DNA from: Candidatus Tectiglobus diatomicola
Lineage (GTDB): Bacteria > Pseudomonadota > Alphaproteobacteria > Rhizobiales > Hyphomicrobiaceae
Assembly: GCA_039583345.1 (NCBI GenBank)
Contig: JAZDSJ010000006.1
Coordinates: forward strand, 45,654 to 109,653
Length of the DNA stretch: 64,000 nucleotides
Direction of reading: 5' to 3'
Position numbers and translations under genes: made by a program. Each line of letters opens with the position of its first letter. The stretch's first letter is position 1. The notes beneath the pieces were generated by a model that saw only the letters and a program-made list of their open reading frames with translations, was not told the origin of the DNA and made no database searches. Below are positions 30,141 to 40,364 of this stretch, in pieces.

Positions 30141-30490
30141 AATTTCAAATTAAGTTAAAATTTTTAGCGCAAACAATAAAGAGATAGAATTTTTACTATA
30201 ACTAAAGAAATCAAACTTACACTCATAATGACTAACACGAAGGCTAGAACATAGTTATCAATATAGAAAGATTTTATTTATTATTTTGAAGATTTATTAC
30301 GAACAACCTAAGTCTCATGCTAGGCTCCCAGATAAACCTTTTGCCTTGCTACTTAGTTTGTGCAAACACTACAGGTTCGTTCAGGGGCACCTCTGACTAG
30401 GTTTACATTAGAAATCATAAATTTTTGACTTAGATTTTACATCAGCCGACTTGGGCTTAAACACAACTACAGGTATGGAAGGCAGCTTGA

Positions 30491-31624
30491 ATGTCTTGGA
30501 ATAATGACAGCCAAGGTGGTTGGAAAAGTAGTGGCAGTAATGGTGGTGGTCCGTGGGGGCAGAACCCGTGGGGGCAGGGGCCTCGTGGCGGAAACCAACA
30601 ACAGCCAGATCTAGAAGAAATGCTAAAGCGTGGTCAAGACCGACTTAAACGCGTAATGCCTGGGGGCGGACCTGGCGGACTTCCCGGCTATGCTTGGTTC
30701 ATAATTGCAGCGATTGGTATAAGTATAATTGGCTTTTATACTTTTACTTACAAAGTAAATCCTAACCAGAGAGGAATAGTGCTTCGGTTTGGCGAGTACG
30801 TTCGTTGGGAAGGACCAGGACTTCATTTTCGCCTACCATTCCCAATTGAAGAGGTTTTGACACCAGATGTAACCAAACGTCGTGAAGAGCAGATTGGCAT
30901 GCGTACTCCATTAGGTGGGGGGGCTGGAGGCAACATCCGAGATGTAGAGCAAGAAAGCTTGATGCTTACTGGTGATGAGAATATTGTTGATGTGGATTTT
31001 GTAGTCGTTTGGTATATAAACAACGCTGAAGATTATCTTTTTAATATACAAAATCCTCAAACTACGGTCAAAGAAGTTGCTGAGAGCTCGATGCGAGAAG
31101 TTGTAGGGCAAAATGATATACAACCAATTCTGACACAAGCTCGGAAGGCTACTGAAGCTTCTGTGATGGATTTAATGCAATCAACACTCGACCAATACGG
31201 ATCAGGAATAAAGATAGATAAGGTACGCCTCCAAAAAGTTGATCCTCCAGAGAAAGTGATAGGATCTTTCCGGGACGTACAGGCTGCCCGTGCAGATAAA
31301 GAACGCTTGCAAAATGAGGCTAAAGCTTACGCCAACCAAGTAGTTCCTAAAGCACGCGGAGAGGCAGAACGTATAGTTCAGGTTGCTGAAGGCTACCGGC
31401 AACAAATGGTTGCTGAGGCAAATGGTCAAGCTGAAAGGTTTGAAAAAATTTACACTGAATATAAAAAGGCTCCGGACATAACTCGAAAGCGGCTGTTTCT
31501 CGAGACTATGGAACGTGTCCTCCAGAAAACTGACAAGATAATACTTGATAGTAAAGCCGGATCTGGCGTCGTCCCATATTTACCTTTGAACGAACTGACA
31601 AAAAAAACTAGCGGGAGCCAGTGA
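30491..31624 (+). CDS. hflK: FtsH protease modulator HflK
   Basis: 377 aa. Gly/Gln-rich N-terminus, one TM segment, SPFH/band-7 domain. Confidence 0.93.
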   Translation: MSWNNDSQGGWKSSGSNGGGPWGQNPWGQGPRGGNQQQPDLEEMLKRGQDRLKRVMPGGGPGGLPGYAWFIIAAIGISIIGFYTFTYKVNPNQRGIVLRFGEYVRWEGPGLHFRLPFPIEEVLTPDVTKRREEQIGMRTPLGGGAGGNIRDVEQESLMLTGDENIVDVDFVVVWYINNAEDYLFNIQNPQTTVKEVAESSMREVVGQNDIQPILTQARKATEASVMDLMQSTLDQYGSGIKIDKVRLQKVDPPEKVIGSFRDVQAARADKERLQNEAKAYANQVVPKARGEAERIVQVAEGYRQQMVAEANGQAERFEKIYTEYKKAPDITRKRLFLETMERVLQKTDKIILDSKAGSGVVPYLPLNELTKKTSGSQ

Positions 31625-31625
31625 A

Positions 31626-32519
31626 TTGAAGCGATTTATTTTGACTGTTTTTGTCGTTATTCTTAGTTTGACAGCCGCGGCAGTATACCTGTCTGCATTT
31701 GTGGTGCGCCAAACCCAACAAGCCATAGTGCTTGAATTTGGTCGCCCGATTGAGAAAGGTGTTATTACTAAGCCAGGTTTGCACTGGAAAATTCCCATCG
31801 CGCAAACTGTAGATTACTTTGATAAACGTATTCTTGACCTAGATACTTTACCTCAGGAAGTTATAGCTTCTGACCAGAAACGTCTGGTAGTAGATGCCTA
31901 TGCACGGTTCCGAATTTCAGATCCTCTGGAATTTTATAAAACCGTTCGTACTGAGCGCGAGGCTAGGAGGAGACTTAGTGCGTTTCTTGATTCATCCATA
32001 CGGCGAGCACTTGGGTCTGTAACTTTTCAGGATGTGGTTCGTGATAAACGCGAAGAACTTATGCAGACAATTACGAAGCAAGTAAATCACGATGCTGGAG
32101 ATCTTGGAATAGAGGTAGTAGATGTTCGCATTAAACGTGCAGATTTACCTAAAGAAAATAGTGAAGCTATCTATCGTCGTATGCAGACAGAACGTGAACG
32201 CGAGGCTGCTGAATTCCGCGCAGAAGGTGCAGCTGAAGCCAATCGCATTCGTGCAAGAGCAGACCGCGAGAGTACCGTAATATTAGCTAAAGCTAATGAG
32301 GAAGCCGAGAAAATACGTGGTGAGGGCGACGCTGAACGTAATAAGATTTTTGCTGGTGCTTTCAGTAAAGATCCAGATTTTTTTTCTTTCTATCGCTCTA
32401 TGCAGGCATATGAAACGGGTCTACAGTCAAAGGACACACGCTTAGTAATCTCACCTAATTCTGACTTTTTCCGATACTTTGGGGATCCATCGGGGGGCCA
32501 GTTGGTTAAACCAAAATGA
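31626..32519 (+). CDS. hflC: FtsH protease modulator HflC
   Basis: 297 aa. TTG start 1 nt after the hflK stop, N-terminal TM segment, SPFH domain. Confidence 0.92.
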   Translation: MKRFILTVFVVILSLTAAAVYLSAFVVRQTQQAIVLEFGRPIEKGVITKPGLHWKIPIAQTVDYFDKRILDLDTLPQEVIASDQKRLVVDAYARFRISDPLEFYKTVRTEREARRRLSAFLDSSIRRALGSVTFQDVVRDKREELMQTITKQVNHDAGDLGIEVVDVRIKRADLPKENSEAIYRRMQTEREREAAEFRAEGAAEANRIRARADRESTVILAKANEEAEKIRGEGDAERNKIFAGAFSKDPDFFSFYRSMQAYETGLQSKDTRLVISPNSDFFRYFGDPSGGQLVKPK

Positions 32520-32701
32520 ACGATCTAATTATCGGCCTAGGACTAGCTTTAGTAATTGAGGGGCTGCTTTGGGCAGCCTTTCCAAATTTGGCACTACGGT
32601 TTCTCAAAGCGGTCATAAGCTCTCCAGAAATACAACTTCGCTTTACAGGAGCTTGCATTATGGGTTGTGGAGTTTTTATAGTTTGGTTAGTTCGTGGATA
32701 G
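32516..32701 (+). CDS. DUF2065 small membrane protein
   Basis: 61 aa with two TM segments. 4-nt overlap with hflC, at the conserved position downstream of hflKC in alphaproteobacteria. Confidence 0.7.
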   Translation: MNDLIIGLGLALVIEGLLWAAFPNLALRFLKAVISSPEIQLRFTGACIMGCGVFIVWLVRG

Positions 32702-33287
32702 AACTTTTTGTTGTGCTAAGTTACACATTTGCAATTCAATTTATTCACTTTGTTGCTAGGACTAGGCTGCAACTAGTGCAACAACCTGAAGGATTATTTA
32801 ATTTACTTTATAACCATTCAAAAAATACTTTAACAAAGTAAGTCTGCTGTGCTTTTCTAGCTGAGTTGTTTTAAAGATAGTAAAAGTTAGATAACACTTT
32901 AAATCTCTTGATTAGAGTTATTTTTTTCGGTCAAAATATTAGTTGTTAGAAATTATTGCAAACAATCCCTTTATATATATTAATTAATTAGAGTTTATAT
33001 CTGAGATTCAACCACTTTATTTAATTTCTTAGAAACCTTGAGATCTTTGAATATTATGTAATAAAGTTAAATTTCAAGGTCGCATTTAAGCCAAGTTGAG
33101 CTCTCACTTAGAAAGTTTTTGATACTTTAATTCCAGCTAATAGTTGCTCTCGATGTTAAAGTTAAAATTGAATGGTTAATACTGTATAATGAAAATTGTA
33201 AGTCGCATTGTATGACCTTTCAGCAATGTTGTCGTATGTTTTTTTAGCAGGGTATATAGTTGGTAAAATGGATTACGGAGTAAGATA

Positions 33288-34001
33288 GTGAATGGCAGCT
33301 ATAGGATTTGGGATTCTATCTCAGGGTTATTTGCGTCTGTGCAGCAAGATAGTCATAAATTAATTGGTGTTGGCCTTGTGCTAACTACAATTTGCCTTTT
33401 TTTTTCAATAACTTTAAGTTGCATTCTCTTTATTTTGACAGCATGCACTGCACATTTTTTTAGAGATCCTAAGCGTGTAACTCCACTTCGAGAGGGCTTA
33501 ATTATCTCACCTGCAGACGGCCGCGTAGCAAATATAGAGAAAGTGATGCCACCACCAGAACTTAGTATGTTAGGAAAGGAACGTATACGTATTTCTATAT
33601 TCTCTTCGCTTTTTGACATGCATATAAGTCGTGCACCAGCCTCAGGATTTATAAAGCGATCAGTTTATGTCCCTGGATCATTCTTACGTGCCTCTAATGA
33701 TAAATCCAGTGAAGATAACGAGCGCCGAGGGTTGGTAATTGAAACACCGTCGGGCTCAGAGATCGCCGTACTACAGATTGCCGGAATGCTTACACAACGA
33801 ATAGTAACATTTTTTAGTAACGGGGATACAATCGGAGTAGGTCAACGCTTCGGATTAATACGCTTAGGTTCACGCATTGATATTTATTTACCAGAGGGAC
33901 ATTCTTCGCACGTTTCAATAGGTCAGCTCATGATTGCTGGCGAAACAGTAATTGCTGATTTGAAATCAGCTGAGACTGAACGCGAGACTAGACGTTGTTG
34001 A
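33288..34001 (+). CDS. psd: phosphatidylserine decarboxylase proenzyme (short alphaproteobacterial type)
   Basis: 237 aa. FFRDPKR, SPADGRV, DKSSEDNERR, and the self-cleavage context IRLGSRIDIYLP. Confidence 0.9.
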   Translation: MNGSYRIWDSISGLFASVQQDSHKLIGVGLVLTTICLFFSITLSCILFILTACTAHFFRDPKRVTPLREGLIISPADGRVANIEKVMPPPELSMLGKERIRISIFSSLFDMHISRAPASGFIKRSVYVPGSFLRASNDKSSEDNERRGLVIETPSGSEIAVLQIAGMLTQRIVTFFSNGDTIGVGQRFGLIRLGSRIDIYLPEGHSSHVSIGQLMIAGETVIADLKSAETERETRRC

Positions 34002-34508
34002 TAACAAATATATTATTAGTGCAAACATTATAAAACTTGTAATATCCATGCTAGATTATGTGTACAACATTATTTAAAAAGTAATTAGCAAAATATTGCC
34101 GAAGAAAGTAGTTTTGATCATCACTTGCATTAGTTAATATTTACGTTATTTGAACAAATAAATAATTTAATTATTAATTTGAAATTAATTGCAAATTTTT
34201 TAAGCTTTTACAGCTGGTAAAATTATATATAAAACCTGTGCATCACACTGAAAACTCATGATATTGTCACTTATTTATTGCATAATATGCTGTTAGTAAG
34301 TACTGCTTTATGTTATTGCTTTTTTTGTTGCATAAGAGGTAGCCTAGATAAAGCTATCTTACATATCAAAAGAATTCAAATCTAAAGAAAGACGGTTTTC
34401 TGTTTAGCAGAGATAAAAACTTAAAAAGTTCCAGTATTTTCCTGACATCTTGTTACATAATTATCGGAATACTACACGTGACTTGAATTAGGCGTCTTGG
34501 TAATAACC

Positions 34509-35702
34509 ATGCAAAAACAACGTATTATTTTGATTATCGGTGGTAGCATTGCAGCCTATAAATGTCTTGAACTGATCAGGCAGTTACGAGAAAGAGATAT
34601 TAGTGTTCTTACAATTATAACAAAAGCTGCACAACACTTTGTAACACCTCTTTCGGTCGCTGCACTGAGTAACAACAGAGTTTTTACTAATCTGTTTGAT
34701 GTAGATGAAGAAAGTGAAATAGGTCATATTCGTCTTTCGCGTAAATCCTCTTTAATAGTAGTTGCACCCGCTACAGCCGATCTACTCGCTAAAATGGCAG
34801 GTGGCCATGCAGATGACCTCGCAACAGCTGTGCTCATGGCAGCAGACAAGCCAGTACTTGCTATACCAGCCATGAACCCACGAATGTGGAAACATCCAGC
34901 AACACAACGAAACGTGTCCCAACTTTTGTCCGATGGCGTACAGTTCCTTGGGCCTAACTTTGGTAAAATGGCAGAAGCTAACGAAGCCGGCCCAGGCCGC
35001 ATGTCAGAACCTACTGAAATAGTCGAGGTAATTGAGTTTTTGCTTGCAGATCGCACACCAATGAAAGGGTATCACGTTCTGATTACAGCTGGGCCGACGT
35101 ATGAGCCAATAGATCCTGTGCGCTATATTGCCAATCGATCTTCTGGAAAACAGGGCTATGCTTTAGCTATTGCTGCGCGTAATATGGGAGCTAAAGTAAC
35201 ACTAGTCTCTGGACCAACAAATCTTAATACCCCTCACGGTGTAAAATTTTGTCCCGTTGTAACAGTCGAGGAAATGCTTTCAGCAGTCGAGGCTTCATTA
35301 CCCGCCGATGTTGCTATTTTTGCAGCAGCTGCTGCTGATTGGAGAATTAGTGAGCGGTCAACACAGAAGATAAAAAAAAATGGAAATCTTCCTCCATTGT
35401 TTTCACTTTCAGAAAATCCTGATATTCTACGTATAATTTCAGGTCATGAAAAAGCCAGACCTAAACTTGTGGTCGGTTTTGCCGCCGAGACTGAAAACGT
35501 CATTGAAAACGCTAAAGCAAAATTGTTTAGGAAAAAGTGTGATTTAATAATAGCTAACGATGTCTCTCACTATAGCGGTATTATGAGAGGCATGCGCAAC
35601 GAGGTCCACATTGTTTCCTACAATGGTGTTGAAAGCTGGCCGGAAATGGATAAACAGCATGTTGCAAACAAGCTTTTGAAGCTTATTTCGGAGCAACTTT
35701 AA
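34509..35702 (+). CDS. coaBC: bifunctional phosphopantothenoylcysteine decarboxylase / phosphopantothenate--cysteine ligase
   Basis: N-terminal flavoprotein domain (IIGGSIAAYK, PAMNPRMW) and CoaB domain (ITAGPTYEPIDPVRYIANRSSGKQG, AAAADW). The ORF opens at TTG 34497; I prefer ATG 34509. Confidence 0.93.
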   Translation: MQKQRIILIIGGSIAAYKCLELIRQLRERDISVLTIITKAAQHFVTPLSVAALSNNRVFTNLFDVDEESEIGHIRLSRKSSLIVVAPATADLLAKMAGGHADDLATAVLMAADKPVLAIPAMNPRMWKHPATQRNVSQLLSDGVQFLGPNFGKMAEANEAGPGRMSEPTEIVEVIEFLLADRTPMKGYHVLITAGPTYEPIDPVRYIANRSSGKQGYALAIAARNMGAKVTLVSGPTNLNTPHGVKFCPVVTVEEMLSAVEASLPADVAIFAAAAADWRISERSTQKIKKNGNLPPLFSLSENPDILRIISGHEKARPKLVVGFAAETENVIENAKAKLFRKKCDLIIANDVSHYSGIMRGMRNEVHIVSYNGVESWPEMDKQHVANKLLKLISEQL

Positions 35703-35972
35703 GATTAAGACTATTTTGCTTATTGACGTTCAACTCTATCGAAAACTCTTGTTAAGAGTAGAACACTCGATTATCATGTCAAGTCCAAAGCATTGGCCTC
35801 ATTTAGTTGTTCAATTACTAGGTATAAAAACTCTAACACGGCAGGCTCGAAAGTCGTCCATATAAGTCAATTCGAAGGCTCAATCCTCTTTTGATAGGTT
35901 TGAATGGGGTGATAAAGTAAAAAGCCTGAAACTGAAATATAACTTAACACGTTATTAATAGGATATTACATA

Positions 35973-36236
35973 ATGGCAAATACGTCTTCAGCTAAGAAGG
36001 CTGCTCGTCAAAGTTTACGTCGAACTGTAATAAACAAGGCACGCCGTAGTAAAATGCGTACTGAGATCCGTCGTGTTGAAGAAGCAATTGCTTCTGGTGA
36101 CCAAACGACGGCTTATGAGGCACTTAAAGTTGCTCAGCCTGTCATCATACGATCTGGACAGAAAGGTATCGTACACAGTAACAATGCTAGCCGAAAAGTA
36201 TCTCGTCTGGCAAAAAAAATAAAAAGGATGGCTTGA
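35973..36236 (+). CDS. rpsT: 30S ribosomal protein S20
   Basis: 87 aa, basic. [26 protein letters not shown]. Confidence 0.95.
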   Translation: MANTSSAKKAARQSLRRTVINKARRSKMRTEIRRVEEAIASGDQTTAYEALKVAQPVIIRSGQKGIVHSNNASRKVSRLAKKIKRMA

Positions 36237-36269
36237 AACTTTATATAATTTTTCTAACACCATTACGAA

Positions 36270-36304
36270 CTTGACGGAAAATCCATCCGTCAAGTTTTTT
36301 TTTT
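36270..36304 (+). terminator. rho-independent terminator of rpsT
   Basis: Perfect 8-bp stem CTTGACGG/CCGTCAAG, 9-nt loop, then T10. Confidence 0.8.
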
Positions 36305-36594
36305 ATAAGTAATTTCAAAAATATTATTACTTATGATAGCAAGTAAATGTAATTTTTAAGCAACATTTTCTTCTTTTAATAATTAAAAAAGATCTAATAT
36401 TTTTAGATGTTACATCATGCCTTTATTATAATTAAATTATTTCAGTATCTTAAATAAATTACTTTCCTTCTTAAAAAATATTTTCGGAATGGATTTTAAG
36501 TCACAAGAGCCAATTTTTAGGTTTGAAAGACATGTATTTCCTAGTTGCACGGTTTGATTATGAACTATATGGTTAATAGGTTATTAATTCAGCA

Positions 36595-36612
36595 TGTGAA
36601 TATCGTGGATAT
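36595..36612 (+). promoter_or_regulatory. two abutting DnaA-box-like 9-mers (TGTGAATAT, CGTGGATAT)
   Basis: Each matches TGTGGATAA at 7 of 9 positions. They lie about 550 bp upstream of dnaA. Weak evidence. Confidence 0.25.
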
Positions 36613-37155
36613 AATGATTTTAAAATTTGTATCTTTCACATCGGCATTGCAAAAAGGTTAATAGATATCATTGAATATACATATGGCCGAGAAGTTAGGC
36701 CGTCCAAAGTTTAGTCGCAGGTTATGTGTTTAGAGGTTTCAAATTAATTGCCGAACCTGACGCTTTAAGAAGCACGGTAATTGATGTCTATTGAGACAAG
36801 TAGCATTTGGAGAATATGTCTATGATTAAAGCCAGAAATCTTTGGTTCGCCATAAATCTATTTCAGCTTTTTGGCTGGACTCGAAATTTTGGTAGAAGAC
36901 AATATGCGCCAGTTCAAATCATACCAATTTATAATTTTGAAAAATCGCATACACGCCAATTGAATTTAGCATGCGTTGAAGTTTAGATAACGGTGCCTTC
37001 CCGGTTTAGTAACACCGGTTAAAATTAGAAGACACCTAATTGCAGAGTGCATTAATTTAGCAAACAACATACAGACAAAGTTCTCGTGTCTATTGGTTCC
37101 TATTGTCGTTTGTTTACTAAAGTTTCGATGACTTCAATCATGGCGGGATAAGCGA

Positions 37156-38751
37156 ATGCGTATAAATAATCCAAATTCAGGAGGAACCGCGTGGAGTAAA
37201 CGTTCTAGCGTTGGTGCTTTATCAAGTATAATGCCTAATGAGCCAATGCTTGAAGCAGTCGGGGAAAGAAAAGCGTTGGACAAACAGCAACTTGATTTAA
37301 AATGGCAGAAAACACGTAAAGCTCTCAGGGTTCGTCTTGGAGAAGAGGTTTTTGAGAGCTGGTTTACTACGTGTGGGGCGGAGTTTTACAACAACAATGT
37401 TCTAACCTTATCCGTTCCAGTTAAATTTCTGAGGCGTTGGATACAATCACATTATACAGATCACATATTGGATTGTGCACGAACAGAGTTTTCAGATATA
37501 GACAGTGTTGATATCAAATTGCGTGAGCCGAGTGCTCCTAGCAAGACTGGGCCTTCAATCACTGGAGTTAAGGGAAGAGGCGATGTTCGATCTTGTACGC
37601 GTGATGAAATACACAACTTACGTAATGTATCATCACCTAATTCAAATTCAGGTGCTCATGCCCAAACTTCAAATCTCAGGGTGTCAACGCATGCAGCTGG
37701 TTTTGAAGGCTCACCGTTAGACTCGCGTTACAAGTTTGATGCATTTGTTGTTGGAGGATCTAACTGTTTAGCTCATGCTGCTGCCAGTCAGGTTTCCGAA
37801 ACATTATTTTCAAAATCACAGGCTTTCAACCTATTGTACTTCCACTCGGCGGTTGGTCTCGGTAAAACGCATCTTATTCATGCTATGGCATGGGAAGTAC
37901 ATCGTCGCATGCCTCAAGCACAAGTCCTGTATTTAACAGCGGAACGCTTTCGGTTCAGGTTTGTTGAAGCTTTACAAAGCCGTGATGCTTTAACTTTTAA
38001 AGATCGCTTTCGAAATATCGATATGTTAATGATCGATGATCTCGAATTTTTACACGGTCAACATACAGAGACCGAGTTTGATCACATCATTAATACACTT
38101 CTAGATGGAGGCAAACAAATCGTTGTTGCATCTTCACGCCCGCCTAATCAGGTTGACAAATTAAGTGATCGCTTGCGTTCACGCTTGCAGCGTGGTTTGG
38201 TTGCAGAAATTTCTGCCCCTGACTATGAATTGCGCCTTAAAATACTTGAGCGGCGAATTTACGAAAGACGTATGGAAGATCCTTCATTTGAAGTTCCAAG
38301 TAAAGTTTTAGAAATGTTGGCGGAGAGATTGACTGAAAATGGTCGGGAAATCGAGGGGGCTGCAATACGTTTACATGCTCAGTGGCAATATATGAGAACG
38401 CCAATTACCGTCGCGATTGCCGAAACAGTAATCAAAGACTTGTGTATGAATTCAGAACCCCGTCCCATTCGTATTGAAGACATAATCAAAACTATTTCGC
38501 GCCATTTCGGAATTTCTAAACCTGATATTTTGTCTCAACGTCGACATCGTTCTGTGGTTTGGCCACGCCAAATTGGCATGTACTTAGCTAAGCAACTTAC
38601 TGCTCGATCTTTACCTGAAATTGGAAGACGATTTGGCAATCGCGACCACACGACGGTTTTGCATGCGATACGCAAGATTGAAACAGCGCTTGGTAATAAT
38701 CAACACCTGAGAGATGAAATAGACGATCTTAAGAAAATATTAAAAAATTAA
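37156..38751 (+). CDS. dnaA: chromosomal replication initiator DnaA
   Basis: 531 aa. Domain I (VFESWF), long Ser/Asn-rich linker, AAA+ (GLGKTHL, LMIDDLEF), domain IV (RQIGMYLAKQLT...GNRDHTTVLHAIRK). The start could be a downstream Met (M26/M31). Confidence 0.95.
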   Translation: MRINNPNSGGTAWSKRSSVGALSSIMPNEPMLEAVGERKALDKQQLDLKWQKTRKALRVRLGEEVFESWFTTCGAEFYNNNVLTLSVPVKFLRRWIQSHYTDHILDCARTEFSDIDSVDIKLREPSAPSKTGPSITGVKGRGDVRSCTRDEIHNLRNVSSPNSNSGAHAQTSNLRVSTHAAGFEGSPLDSRYKFDAFVVGGSNCLAHAAASQVSETLFSKSQAFNLLYFHSAVGLGKTHLIHAMAWEVHRRMPQAQVLYLTAERFRFRFVEALQSRDALTFKDRFRNIDMLMIDDLEFLHGQHTETEFDHIINTLLDGGKQIVVASSRPPNQVDKLSDRLRSRLQRGLVAEISAPDYELRLKILERRIYERRMEDPSFEVPSKVLEMLAERLTENGREIEGAAIRLHAQWQYMRTPITVAIAETVIKDLCMNSEPRPIRIEDIIKTISRHFGISKPDILSQRRHRSVVWPRQIGMYLAKQLTARSLPEIGRRFGNRDHTTVLHAIRKIETALGNNQHLRDEIDDLKKILKN

Positions 38752-38800
38752 ACTGATTTCATAACACCTTGCGTTTTACAACGCTTAGTTATGTTTCTTA

Positions 38801-38834
38801 TTGAGGGCGCCTTTCCAAAAGCGTCCTCAATTTT
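38801..38834 (+). terminator. probable terminator after dnaA
   Basis: 10-bp stem TTGAGGGCGC/GCGTCCTCAA (one G-U), 10-nt loop, then TTTT. Confidence 0.5.
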
Positions 38835-39147
38835 CAAATCGAAAACATTTATTTAAAATCCAGACTAGTTCCCTTGAACTAGATCGTAATACTCCACTAT
38901 TAGGAATAAAAACATGATCGGAATAACATTCAATCACATCTTCTCACCTATTCGCGACATTAAGTAATAGAAAATATATAATAATATTAAGAAATACCAA
39001 CCTACTTTTCTTGAATCATATAAAGTCAACAAGTTGGCATGATGAAGATTTTAAAGTTACTCATACATTTTCAAGATTTCTCGATATAATAAGTATCTTA
39101 GTTTATAGTAATAAATTCTAGATTAAAGATACACTTCAGGCACTAAG

Positions 39148-40269
39148 ATGAAATTTTTAATTGATCGCGGAGAATTACTAAAAGCACTCGGACATGTCAC
39201 TAATGTGGTTGAAAGGCGGACGACTATTCCGATTCTCTCTAACGTTTTGCTACGTGCAGAGAATGGAAATCTAAATTTTAATGCTACTGACCTAGAGCGT
39301 GAAGTTTTAGAACAATGTGCTATACAACTGCATCATGAAGGTGCGATTACTGTTTCAGCGCACCTTCTACACGACATCGTGCGTAAGCTTCCAGGGCATG
39401 CAAAGGTAGAATTCGAACAAAATATCGAGCACGAACGGGTTTTAATCTCATCCGGACAATCACGTTTCTCATTACAAACTCTACCATCAGAAGACTTTCC
39501 GGATCTTGCTGCGGGTGAAATGAGTCATGAATTCATGCTTCATGCTCATGAGTTAAAGCGTCTAATTGAGAAAACTAAGTTTGCAATATCGACAGAAGAG
39601 ACCCGTTACTATTTGAATGGTATTTATTTCCATACAGCTCGCGGATTTGATGAAATGCTAACTTTGCGCGCAGTCGCAACTGATGGGCATCGGTTAGCAC
39701 AAGTTGATTTACCACTACCAAGCGGTGCGAATGGTATGCCAGGTGTTATCATCCCACGCAAAACCGTACATGAGCTACATCGTTTACTGGGGGATAGCGA
39801 GAAAGAAGTCACCATTCGTGTTTCTTCTAGCAAAGTGCAATTTGAAATTGAACATATAATTCTAACATCAAAACTAATTGATGGTCAATTTCCTGACTAC
39901 GCACGTGTAATACCACAAAATAATAACAAGGAAATGCGAGTATCTAACACTGAATTTATGAATGCTGTCGATCGTGTTTCGACTATTGCCAGTGAGCGAG
40001 GGCGTGCTGTCAAACTAAATATAGCATCTGAAAAACTAGTTCTATCTGTTAATAACCCTGAAGGCGGCAGTGCAACAGAAGAGTTATCTATCGGTTACAA
40101 TTCAGATATTCTAGAAATTGGATTTAGTGCGCGTTACTTGCTAGACATTGCAGGTCAGTTAGAAAGTGAGAAAGCCTTGTTTTTTCTTGCAGATGCTGGT
40201 TCTCCGACATTGATCCGTGATACTGAAGATGCTAGTGTTTTATATGTGTTGATGCCAATTCGTGTGTGA
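39148..40269 (+). CDS. dnaN: DNA polymerase III beta sliding clamp
   Basis: 373 aa with the typical DnaN N-terminus (MKFLIDRGELLKALGHV) and C-terminus (LMPIRV). Confidence 0.95.
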   Translation: MKFLIDRGELLKALGHVTNVVERRTTIPILSNVLLRAENGNLNFNATDLEREVLEQCAIQLHHEGAITVSAHLLHDIVRKLPGHAKVEFEQNIEHERVLISSGQSRFSLQTLPSEDFPDLAAGEMSHEFMLHAHELKRLIEKTKFAISTEETRYYLNGIYFHTARGFDEMLTLRAVATDGHRLAQVDLPLPSGANGMPGVIIPRKTVHELHRLLGDSEKEVTIRVSSSKVQFEIEHIILTSKLIDGQFPDYARVIPQNNNKEMRVSNTEFMNAVDRVSTIASERGRAVKLNIASEKLVLSVNNPEGGSATEELSIGYNSDILEIGFSARYLLDIAGQLESEKALFFLADAGSPTLIRDTEDASVLYVLMPIRV

Positions 40270-40364
40270 ATATTTGAATATGAAGTAGCTTAAGCCGTAC
40301 AGCTTGTTATTATGCTATTTCATTTAAAGATATAGTTATAAAGTCTTGTTTGCATGAAACAGTA

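Noticed and set aside
32569-32841. 90-aa ORF overlapping the DUF2065 gene in another frame
   Set aside because: The DUF2065 frame has the conserved two-helix pattern and a 4-nt coupling to hflC. The alternative frame has no support.
36683-36705. tRNA-Ser/Leu-like D-arm string TGGCCGAGAAGTTAGGCCG in the rpsT-dnaA spacer
   Set aside because: No acceptor stem, anticodon stem or T arm can be built around it. It is at best a tiny fragment, and more likely chance.
36305-37155. Chromosomal origin (oriC) next to dnaA
   Set aside because: There are only two weak DnaA-box-like 9-mers and no box cluster. In Caulobacter and Rhizobiales the origin is usually near hemE rather than dnaA. It cannot be supported from this window.
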